From assembly GCA_020697715.1 (NCBI GenBank), contig JAEHCO010000003.1, positions 128,001-192,000 on the forward strand: a stretch of DNA of 64,000 nucleotides. Reading direction: 5' to 3'. The translations under genes were made by a program, and so were the position numbers. This DNA comes from Methanobacteriota archaeon (GTDB lineage: Archaea; Thermoplasmatota; Thermoplasmata; SG8-5; JAGLSY01). The notes beneath the pieces were generated by a model. That model made no database searches. It saw only the letters and a list, made by a program, of their open reading frames with translations, and was not told the origin of the DNA. Positions within the stretch are counted from its first letter, which is position 1. Every line of letters begins with the position of its first letter. Positions 56,083 through 64,000 of this stretch are shown in pieces.

Positions 56083-57545
56083 ATTATCTGATACTTCTAC
56101 CACAGATCATACTCGTGGCAATAGCCATGTTGATACCAGCCATTGACCTTTACTTCAAGGACAAGACACGCATATTGCCATATCTGGCCGCCGGAGCCTT
56201 GGGAGTTTCCCTGTTAATATTGTCTATATTCACAGGCATCATCCCATTGGAGATATTCGATGTCACCATACCCACATCTTTGTTCGGTGGAATGCTGGTC
56301 GTCGATAGGTTCGCACTATTCCTTCAATTATTGTTCGGAATGGTCACCTTCTTCGTGGTCATGGCATCGTCATCCTACATCAAGCAATACGATCGCAACC
56401 AGGGTGAATATTACTCCCTACTTCTGATAGCGACCGTTGGTATGATGACCGTGGCAATGGCCAATGATCTGATAACTTTGTTCATCGGTCTCGAAGTTGC
56501 CAGTATATCATCCTATGCGCTTACTGGTTTCAGAAAGAACAGTAAGAAGAGTGCGGAAGCCGCGATGAAATACTTCATAATCGGGGCTCTTTCCTCATCT
56601 ATCGTTCTGTATGGTATATCCTTGTTCTACGGATTGACTGGCACAACGGACCTTGCCCAGTTTGGAACCCAATTGCAGAATATCGATCCAAGTCAGGATG
56701 GCCTGTTAGCGATGGCCACGATATTCCTTATAGCGGGATTCAGCTTCAAGGTGGCCGCCGCCCCATTCCATATGTGGGCTCCTGATGTTTACCAGGGCGC
56801 GCCAACGACAATAACCACCTTCCTGGCCGCAGCGTCGAAGAAGATGGGATTTGCCGCTCTGTTCAAGGTCTTCCTTTTCGGTCTGATAGCTTTCAAGGCG
56901 GATTGGGCCATTGCCTTCGGTGTCATGGCAGCACTTACCATGACAGTTGGTAATCTCGCGGCATTGAAGCAAGAGGACCTGAAGAGGATGCTCGCATACT
57001 CCAGCATTGCACAAGCCGGTTACATAATGATGGCTCTGGCAATTGCGACCCAGTACGCTCTGGGAGGTGCATTGTTCCACATACTCACACACGCCTTCAT
57101 GAAGACTGGCGCTTTCATAATCGTGGCAATGTTATCCGTCATGCTCATTGGCTCCAAGGTTGGAGACCTTCGCGGTCTGAGGATCAAATCACCAATTACA
57201 GCTTTCTGTATGGCGATAATGATGTTGTCCTTGGCCGGAATTCCGCCTCTGGCAGGTTTCGCTTCCAAGTTCGTGCTGTTCTCAAGCGCGATAGATGCAG
57301 GCGGCTGGCTCATATGGTTGGCTGTAGTTGCTGTGATAAACAGCGCGATCTCCCTGTACTACTATGCGAGAGTTCTGAAGGAGATGTACGTTCTGCCAAC
57401 TGATCATATACCGATCAGGATGAAGGAACCACTGGCGATGCTGATACCTGTCGTATTGACAACAGCAGCTGTGATCATCGTCGGTCTGTATCCAGAGCCC
57501 TTCATAGATGCGGCAATGGACGCGGCAAGAGCTTTGATCCCATGA
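56079..57545 (+). CDS. nuoN: Complex I-like antiporter subunit N
   Basis: EAAMKYFI.G, FK...APFHMWAPDVYQGAP, KRMLAYSSIAQAGY and SLAGIPP.AGF..K. Confidence 0.95.
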   Translation: MNYLILLPQIILVAIAMLIPAIDLYFKDKTRILPYLAAGALGVSLLILSIFTGIIPLEIFDVTIPTSLFGGMLVVDRFALFLQLLFGMVTFFVVMASSSYIKQYDRNQGEYYSLLLIATVGMMTVAMANDLITLFIGLEVASISSYALTGFRKNSKKSAEAAMKYFIIGALSSSIVLYGISLFYGLTGTTDLAQFGTQLQNIDPSQDGLLAMATIFLIAGFSFKVAAAPFHMWAPDVYQGAPTTITTFLAAASKKMGFAALFKVFLFGLIAFKADWAIAFGVMAALTMTVGNLAALKQEDLKRMLAYSSIAQAGYIMMALAIATQYALGGALFHILTHAFMKTGAFIIVAMLSVMLIGSKVGDLRGLRIKSPITAFCMAIMMLSLAGIPPLAGFASKFVLFSSAIDAGGWLIWLAVVAVINSAISLYYYARVLKEMYVLPTDHIPIRMKEPLAMLIPVVLTTAAVIIVGLYPEPFIDAAMDAARALIP

Positions 57546-57619
57546 TGATGAAATCTTTTGATTTCATAGTGATGGAATACCTGATACCATAGGCAAGGTG
57601 AAGTAGGAAAGCAGAGAAA

Positions 57620-57662
57620 GGGGCATGGTTGAACATGCCCCACTTTTCCCTTTTTAGTTTTT
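57620..57662 (+). terminator. Hairpin plus T-rich tract after nuoN
   Basis: GGGGCATG-GTTGAA-CATGCCCC followed by TTTTCCCTTTTTAGTTTTT. Confidence 0.6.
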
Positions 57663-57988
57663 AGATAAGGCTATTTTCGTATATCGCTCCCACCACCTTG
57701 TGGTTCCCCCAGCTTGAATATTATTGAATATTCTCACCCTCGATCTTGGATGTGTAAAATCCTGCTCGATTTAATGGTCATAATTATCATTATTTTTACG
57801 AATTGATCATTAATGTATCAACTAATGCTCAATAAAGTTTATATTACTAAGTTTCTTTACCGCCCTTTATAGCTATACAATATATATTATACATAAGAGT
57901 GAAAAGAATAATATATCGTATATGGCCCAAGTTTGGAATCGCTATACATACCGAATGTCAAATTTGGGATACGGGAGGCACGAAATCG

Positions 57989-58543
57989 ATGACAGTTACT
58001 GATAAGAACAATGTCAAAAGTGATGAGATCATTACCGCGGATCAGCTCGATCTAAATTTCAAGTACGAGGTGGCCGAGGAAATAGGTGGCGAAGGAATTT
58101 TACAATGTTTTCAATGCGGCACCTGCACGGCCACATGTCCAGTTCGTAAATTCGATCCAGACTTCAATGTGAGAAGGGTCATCAGATTAACTCTGCTCGG
58201 AGCCAAAGAGAAGGTCCTTACCAGTGACTTTGTCTGGATGTGTTCCACCTGTTATTCGTGTTACGAGTTGTGTCCTCAAAATGTCAAGATAACCGATGTC
58301 ATGACAGCTCTGAAGAACCTGGCCGTGAAGAATGGCCATGCTCATCCGAATGTCAAGGTCCATATTCCGATCTTGGAAGAATTTGGTCATCTCGGGGAGA
58401 TAACCGAGTTCGAGAACACTATCAGGGAAAAGCACGGTCTCCATGAGATAGTCCAGAGCCCTGATAAGGTCAAACTTATTTTTGAAAAGCGCAAGTTGAA
58501 GCTCTTCATGGAAGGCAAGCTTAAAGACGAAGGAGGCGAGTGA
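57989..58543 (+). CDS. hdrC: Heterodisulfide reductase-like subunit C
   Basis: CFQCGTCTATCP and W.CSTCYSCYELCP; ATG 57989 follows GGGAGG. Confidence 0.9.
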   Translation: MTVTDKNNVKSDEIITADQLDLNFKYEVAEEIGGEGILQCFQCGTCTATCPVRKFDPDFNVRRVIRLTLLGAKEKVLTSDFVWMCSTCYSCYELCPQNVKITDVMTALKNLAVKNGHAHPNVKVHIPILEEFGHLGEITEFENTIREKHGLHEIVQSPDKVKLIFEKRKLKLFMEGKLKDEGGE

Positions 58544-59422
58544 ATGGATTACTTACTATACACTGGATGTACTGTTCCTTTGAGGGCTGTTGGTTACGAG
58601 ATAGCGGCCATCAAGGTCGCGAAAGAACTGGGTGTCAATTTACTGCCAATGGAAGAATTCACGTGCTGTGGCTACCCGATAACCTTCCTTGATAATGACA
58701 GTTCCATGGCTCTGGCAGTTTTGAATATCTGCCTTGCGGAGGAGAAGGGATTGAACATCGCGACATTATGCAATTCATGCACCGGTAATTTAACTAAAGC
58801 AAATTACCGAATGAAGACTGAAGAGAAATTCAGGAACAGGATCAATGAACTTCTCAGCCCAACTGGTCACCAATGGAAAGGAACTATCGAGATCAAACAT
58901 TTCGCTCGTATCCTTTACGAGGATGTCGGAGAGGAAAAGATGAAGGCCAGGGTTACGAAAAGCTTGGCTGGCAGTAATATCGCTCCCATGTATGGCTGCC
59001 ATTATCTGAAACCCTCCAAGATCTACGATGGCTTTGATCATCCAGATCATCCAGAATCCATGGAGACATTGATCCGATCTACCGGGGCAAAGCCAGTTCA
59101 ATATGTTGAGAAGACCCTTTGTTGCGGAGGCCCAATATTGGCACTTGGAGAAGAGATGCCTATGAACATGTCCCAGCGCATACTGGACGGTATGAAGAGG
59201 GAGAAGGCGGACGTGGCTGTTGTCGTGTGTCCCTTCTGCAATGTGATGATGGGCGAGTACCAATCCACCATCGGCGATAAGGCCGGGACAGAGTATGGTA
59301 TACCCACTTTCTACATGCCTCAGATAATCGGCCTGGCCTTCGGTTTCACACCAAAGGAACTTGGCCTGAAGAAGAAACAGGTCAAGAAAGCATTTGGCGA
59401 TATCTTACAGGAGGATGAGTAG
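58544..59422 (+). CDS. hdrB: Heterodisulfide reductase-like subunit B
   Basis: Two CCG domains: YTGC...CCG...CNSC and YGCH...CCGG...CPFC. Confidence 0.92.
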   Translation: MDYLLYTGCTVPLRAVGYEIAAIKVAKELGVNLLPMEEFTCCGYPITFLDNDSSMALAVLNICLAEEKGLNIATLCNSCTGNLTKANYRMKTEEKFRNRINELLSPTGHQWKGTIEIKHFARILYEDVGEEKMKARVTKSLAGSNIAPMYGCHYLKPSKIYDGFDHPDHPESMETLIRSTGAKPVQYVEKTLCCGGPILALGEEMPMNMSQRILDGMKREKADVAVVVCPFCNVMMGEYQSTIGDKAGTEYGIPTFYMPQIIGLAFGFTPKELGLKKKQVKKAFGDILQEDE

Positions 59423-59423
59423 T

Positions 59424-62400
59424 ATGACGGCTGACAAGAAAGGAGTGATGGTCATCGGAGGAGGTATTGGAGGTATCCAGTCCGCTCTTGACCTGGCAGA
59501 TTCTGGAGTGAATGTCTATCTGGTCGAGAAAGGCCCATCGGTCGGTGGCCGAATGGCCCAGTTGGACAAGACCTTCCCGACAAATGATTGTTCCATGTGT
59601 ATCCTGTCCCCAAAATTAGTAGCCGCGGCCAGACACCCGATGATCAACCTGCTGACAATGTCACAGGTCAAGACATTGGAGGGAGAACCAGGAAACTTCA
59701 AGGCCACTATCACCACCCATCCAAGATACATCGATATTAGCAAATGTGTTGGCTGTGGAGAGTGTGCGAAGGTGTGCCCCATCGAAATGCCAAATGAGTT
59801 CGATGTTGGAACCGCCACGAGGGGAGCGACATACATACCGTTCCCACAGGCCACCCCACTCAAATATTCAATTACAAGACACGGCACGCCACCTTGTGAG
59901 GCCGAGTGTCCAGCTGGAGTTCATGTTCAGGGTTATGTCGCACTTATTGCCAAGGGCAAGTACATGGAAGCTCTGGACCTTCACAGGGAGTTCAATCCAC
60001 TACCGATAATCTGCGGCAGGGTTTGTCCACATACCTGTGAGAGCGTGTGCAACCGTGCGGAAGTGGATGAGCCGATCGCTATCGCTCATCTCAAGAGATT
60101 CATGGCAGCTTATGAGATGGATAATAGGGATGAGCCAGTAGAACCATTCGACCAGACCGATGGTAAGACCGTGGCCATAATTGGTTCCGGACCCGCTGGA
60201 TTGACAGCCGCTTATTACCTGGCCAGACACGGCCACAAACCAACCATCTACGAAGCACTGCCAGTTGCTGGCGGTATGCTGAGAGTGGGCATCCCTGAAT
60301 ACAGATTACCCCGTGATCTACTCCAGGCCGAGATAGACTATATCAAGGCCAAGGGAGTGGACATCCAGCTTAATAAGAGACTTGGAACTGACATAATGCT
60401 GGATGATCTGAAGAAGGATTTCGATGCAGTGTTCCTGGCCATAGGCTCTCATGTCTCAAAATCCATGAGAGTGACAGCTGAAGACACTCCAGGCGTCATA
60501 CCTGGTGTGGATTTCCTGCGTGATGTCAACCTGGGCAAGGAAGTGCAACTTGGAAACAAGGTCGCCGTCGTTGGTGGCGGAGATGTCGCTATCGATGCTG
60601 TAAGGGTCGCTCACCGTCTGGGAAAAGAAGCCTTCATGATCTACAGAAGGACAAGGAACGAGATGCCAGCTCATGAAACTGAGATCATCGATACCGAGGA
60701 AGAAGGTATCGATATCAAATTCCTCACACAGCCAGTCCGCGTCGTCGAGACAGGCGGGAAGGTATCTGGTATCGAGTGCGTCCGCATGGAACTGGGAGAG
60801 CCAGATGACAGTGGGAGGCGCAGGCCAGTTCCGGTCGAAGGTTCTGAATTCATAATAGAAGTTGATAATATCATACCAGCTATTGGCCAGGATTCAGATG
60901 TTGAATATCTGAAGAAGGCCGGTATCAGTACGACGGACTGGAAGACCATCGTCGCTTGTGAGGAAACTTACATGACCAGTGATGAAGGCGTATTTGCCGC
61001 TGGAGATGCAGTATCTGGCCCATGGACAGTTGTCGGTGCGGTTGGCGGAGCGAAGAAAGCCGCCGATGCTATCAATTCCTATCTATTGGGCGAGGATTTC
61101 CCAATGGAATGCAAGCTTCAAGACGTGATAACATTTGAAGATCTGATGCTGGAGAAGAAATTGGAAACAGCTCCAAGAGCATGTGTTGACACTCTGGATG
61201 TCGAGCAGAGGGAATGCAATTTCAAGGAAGTTGTCGGCCAGCTCACAGAAGCACAGGCAGTTGCCGAGGCAGAGCGTTGCTTAGCCTGTGGTGGTTGTTC
61301 AGGTTGCTGGCAGTGTATCGGGGCTTGTGAGGCAGATGCTATAGATTTCTCACAAGAGGAATACGAGACCGAGGTCGACATAGGCTCGGTCGTCGTCGCC
61401 ACTGGCTTCGATCTTATAGACGCGGGCTTCAGGCCGGAGTACAATTACGAGAACTTTGACAATGTCATAACAGGTATCGAATTTGAAAGATACCTGAGTG
61501 CGTCCGGACCTACCAGCGGTCATCTTATCAGACCAAAGGATCATAAATCTCCCAAGAAGATCGCCTTCATCCAGTGTGTGGGATCCAGGGATGAGCATTA
61601 TGGGTGCGCGTACTGTTCCAGAGTGTGCTGTATGTACGCGATCAAGGAAGCCATGCTGATCCGGGGTCATGACAAGGATGTTGAAGATATCACAATCTTC
61701 TTCATGGACATAAGGGCCTTTGGAAAAGGATTTGAGCAATATTATGAGCGTGCGAAGGATGAGAACATAAACTTCTCAAGGTCCAGACCATCTCATTTCA
61801 TAGAGGATCCAGAGACTGGAGATGTATTGATCCAGACCGAGGACACGGAAACTGGCGAGATCAGTGAATATCGAGCTGACCTCGTGATCCTATCATCGGC
61901 CATGGTGCCATCAAAGGGAACTGACGAACTGGCTGAGAAGCTGGGTGTGGAACTTAATGAGTCCGGTTTCTTCAAGGAAGGCGAGACCGACAATATCCCA
62001 CTCGAAACGACCAGGCCGGGAATATATTCCTGCGGCTGCTCGTCCGGACCTAAGGATATTCCGGATACCGTATCTCAAGCATCTGGAGCTGCCGCTAAGG
62101 CAGGCGAATGGGTGAAGGATTACAGGTCAGCTCCTGAGAAGAAGGACATCACACCAGTTGATCCATACGGCAAGCCCAGGATAGGTGTGTTCATCTGTCA
62201 CTGTGGTCTGAATATCGGAGGTACTATCGATGTGGTAGATGTTGCTAAATTCGCAAAAGAACTTCCATATGTCGAGTACACGGATGCCAATGTTTACACT
62301 TGCTCGGAGAACACACAGGGCGAGATCCAGGATCTCATACACAGTGAGAAGCTGAACAGAGTGGTTATCGCTTCTTGCAGTCCTCGAACTCACGAACCGA

Positions 62401-63869
62401 TCTTCAGGCAGATGTGTGCTGAGGCAGGCCTGAATCCATATCTTTTCGAGATGGTGAACATACGTGATCAGGGTTCATGGGTTCATTTGAATGAGCCCGA
62501 AGCAGCGACCGAGAAGGCCAAGAGTCTGGTCGCGGCCGCGGTTGCCAAGTCCAGATTCCTGAAGCCATTGGTGGCTAGTGAACTGGAAGTCAATCATGAC
62601 GCGCTCGTCATCGGTGGCGGAGTATCCGGTCTCACAGCAGCCACAAGCCTGGCATCTTTGGGATTCAAAGTGAATCTTGTGGAAAAGTCAGATGTTCTCG
62701 GTGGCGCATTGCTGGATAAAGACCTACTGATACCATCCAATGTCAAGGCAAGTGACATGCTGGCCGACCTGATAAAGAAGGCCGGGGACAAAGGAGTGAA
62801 GTTCTTCAAAGAGACCGAGCTCATTGACCTTGAAGGCTTTGTTGGAAACTTCAAGGTCAAAGCCATGCAGAAGGGAACTGAGGAACTTGACTTCGAGGTT
62901 GGAGCAATCATTCTGGCCATAGGTGCGAAACTCTATGAGCCCACAAAGGGCGAGTTCGGTTTCGGATTGCATCCGAACGTCATCACTAACCAGGATCTGG
63001 AAGATCTGATGATGGAGCATCAGGGTGACAAACTCATGCTCAATGGAAAGGAGCTGAAGCGTGTTGCAATGATCCATTGTGTTGGCTCTCGTGACAAGGA
63101 AGGCTTCAAGGACTGTTCCAGATACTGCTGTCAAGTCACCCTCAAGCAGATAGACGAATTGAGGGCTCTGGGCATCGATACCGTGGATTATAACAGGGAC
63201 ATACGTGCCTTCAGCAAGGGAGCGGAGGAATTGTACAGGAAGACCAGAGAGGATGGTACAATGTACATGCGCTACACTCCTGAAGAACTTCCGGAGATCA
63301 TCCCAGATGGTGATGGTGTGAAGATAAGGACCTACGATGCCCTTGTTGGAGCGACTGTCGAATTGCCATTTGACGCTGTTGTTCTATCAGTGGGAATGAG
63401 AGCTCATGAGATAGATGTTAAACATTTGAGAAGCCTGATGAAAGTTCCAATGGGCGCGGATGGCTTCTTCTTAGAAAGCCACCCGAAGCTGGGACCTGTT
63501 GAGACCAATACCGCCGGTATCTATCTTTGTGGAACCGCACAGTTCCCCAAGGACGTGGTCGATACCATCGCTCAGTCATATGGAGCCGCCGCTAAGGCAG
63601 CCACAGTCCTGTCCAAGGACAAGCTCCTGGGTGTTGCCCAGATATCCAGTGTCGATCCTGAACTATGCATAGGTTGTGAGACCTGTATCGATATCTGTCC
63701 TTACAATGCCATCGAGAAGGAGAATGGCAAGGCCAAGGTATTGGAGGCCGTTTGTAAGGGTTGCGGATCATGCGCGGCCGCTTGCAGGAACGGTGCGATA
63801 CAGCAGGCTGGTTTCAGAGATGAATACATTGTTACTATGATAGACAATGCTCTTGAGGAGGTGGAATGA
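59424..63869 (+). CDS. hdrA: Large HdrA (HdrL-type): two HdrA modules with an inserted GltD/NfnB-like NAD(P)H module
   Basis: LDKTFPTNDCSMCIL; insert with GRVCPH.CE..C.R, GSGPAG, GIPEYRLP and YRR; CVGSRD...CSRVCC; VFICHCG; second CVGSRD...CSRYCC; terminal ferredoxin. Confidence 0.92.
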   Translation: MTADKKGVMVIGGGIGGIQSALDLADSGVNVYLVEKGPSVGGRMAQLDKTFPTNDCSMCILSPKLVAAARHPMINLLTMSQVKTLEGEPGNFKATITTHPRYIDISKCVGCGECAKVCPIEMPNEFDVGTATRGATYIPFPQATPLKYSITRHGTPPCEAECPAGVHVQGYVALIAKGKYMEALDLHREFNPLPIICGRVCPHTCESVCNRAEVDEPIAIAHLKRFMAAYEMDNRDEPVEPFDQTDGKTVAIIGSGPAGLTAAYYLARHGHKPTIYEALPVAGGMLRVGIPEYRLPRDLLQAEIDYIKAKGVDIQLNKRLGTDIMLDDLKKDFDAVFLAIGSHVSKSMRVTAEDTPGVIPGVDFLRDVNLGKEVQLGNKVAVVGGGDVAIDAVRVAHRLGKEAFMIYRRTRNEMPAHETEIIDTEEEGIDIKFLTQPVRVVETGGKVSGIECVRMELGEPDDSGRRRPVPVEGSEFIIEVDNIIPAIGQDSDVEYLKKAGISTTDWKTIVACEETYMTSDEGVFAAGDAVSGPWTVVGAVGGAKKAADAINSYLLGEDFPMECKLQDVITFEDLMLEKKLETAPRACVDTLDVEQRECNFKEVVGQLTEAQAVAEAERCLACGGCSGCWQCIGACEADAIDFSQEEYETEVDIGSVVVATGFDLIDAGFRPEYNYENFDNVITGIEFERYLSASGPTSGHLIRPKDHKSPKKIAFIQCVGSRDEHYGCAYCSRVCCMYAIKEAMLIRGHDKDVEDITIFFMDIRAFGKGFEQYYERAKDENINFSRSRPSHFIEDPETGDVLIQTEDTETGEISEYRADLVILSSAMVPSKGTDELAEKLGVELNESGFFKEGETDNIPLETTRPGIYSCGCSSGPKDIPDTVSQASGAAAKAGEWVKDYRSAPEKKDITPVDPYGKPRIGVFICHCGLNIGGTIDVVDVAKFAKELPYVEYTDANVYTCSENTQGEIQDLIHSEKLNRVVIASCSPRTHEPIFRQMCAEAGLNPYLFEMVNIRDQGSWVHLNEPEAATEKAKSLVAAAVAKSRFLKPLVASELEVNHDALVIGGGVSGLTAATSLASLGFKVNLVEKSDVLGGALLDKDLLIPSNVKASDMLADLIKKAGDKGVKFFKETELIDLEGFVGNFKVKAMQKGTEELDFEVGAIILAIGAKLYEPTKGEFGFGLHPNVITNQDLEDLMMEHQGDKLMLNGKELKRVAMIHCVGSRDKEGFKDCSRYCCQVTLKQIDELRALGIDTVDYNRDIRAFSKGAEELYRKTREDGTMYMRYTPEELPEIIPDGDGVKIRTYDALVGATVELPFDAVVLSVGMRAHEIDVKHLRSLMKVPMGADGFFLESHPKLGPVETNTAGIYLCGTAQFPKDVVDTIAQSYGAAAKAATVLSKDKLLGVAQISSVDPELCIGCETCIDICPYNAIEKENGKAKVLEAVCKGCGSCAAACRNGAIQQAGFRDEYIVTMIDNALEEVE

Positions 63870-63932
63870 ATGAGTTCATTTACATTCACCATTCATTTCG
63901 ACACCTCCAAAATTATGGAGGTGCAGTAGATG
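63863..63932 (+). promoter_or_regulatory. Junction cassette (family B) with coupled mini-ORF 63870-63929
   Basis: Stems GGAATGAATG/CATTCATTTC and CACCTCCA/TGGAGGTG. ORF MSSFTFTIHFDTSKIMEVQ* abuts the hdrA stop and the mvhD ATG. Confidence 0.8.
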
Positions 63933-64000
63933 ACTGACAATAATGAGAACAATGAGAATTTCGAACCAAAGATAATCGCCTTCCTCTGCACCTGGTGTTC
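63930..64000 (+). CDS. mvhD: Hydrogenase iron-sulfur subunit MvhD (3'-truncated by the window)
   Basis: MTDNNENNENFEPKIIAFLCTWC matches the MvhD N-terminal motif; follows hdrA. Confidence 0.85.
   Translation, partial: MTDNNENNENFEPKIIAFLCTWC

Noticed and set aside
57620-57641. Fourth copy of family A because it contains CATGCCCC
   Set aside because: The motif is on the 3' arm of a simple hairpin and the other conserved blocks are missing; better explained as a terminator.
59424-64000. Selenocysteine or pyrrolysine recoding in hdrA/mvhD
   Set aside because: The frames are uninterrupted and the expected Cys positions are ordinary Cys codons.

Overview
A 64-kb stretch of an anaerobic archaeal chromosome, most likely Thermoplasmata-like. 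This placement is inferred from the archaeal-type SAM synthetase, Taw1, RFC-L, the rps13-rps4-rps11-rpoD cluster, Rqc2, GatDE, TATA/BRE promoters and GGAGGTGA ribosome-binding sites. The window holds mostly housekeeping and energy genes: methionine/SAM metabolism, an Fe-S/NifX/MinD cluster, histidine degradation, a GDP-heptose pathway, a complex-I-like membrane arm with two nuoM genes, and hdrCBA-mvhD. No transposase, integrase or CRISPR array was seen. The most unusual signals are non-coding. (1) A recurring 50-65 nt two-hairpin cassette sits at gene junctions (rps4/rps11, gatE/gatD, nuoL/nuoM, hdrA/mvhD, with weaker copies at about 4.1 kb and 6.05 kb). Each strong copy encodes a 16-20 aa mini-ORF coupled to both neighbours and hides the downstream Shine-Dalgarno in a stem. 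(2) An aberrant tRNA-Gln(UUG)-like RNA (A1.A72, C33, C37), preceded by an anti-tRNA leader, lies 25 nt upstream of a divergent gatE-gatD pair. (3) tRNA-Arg(GCG) carries a 43-nt D-loop intron with a relaxed bulge-helix-loop motif. (4) Three copies of a 135-180 nt structured element lie downstream of lsrF, hutU and hutH. (5) A DUF5320 gene missed by the ORF track appears to start at AUA. All protein identifications come from motif recognition by eye, not from database searches.
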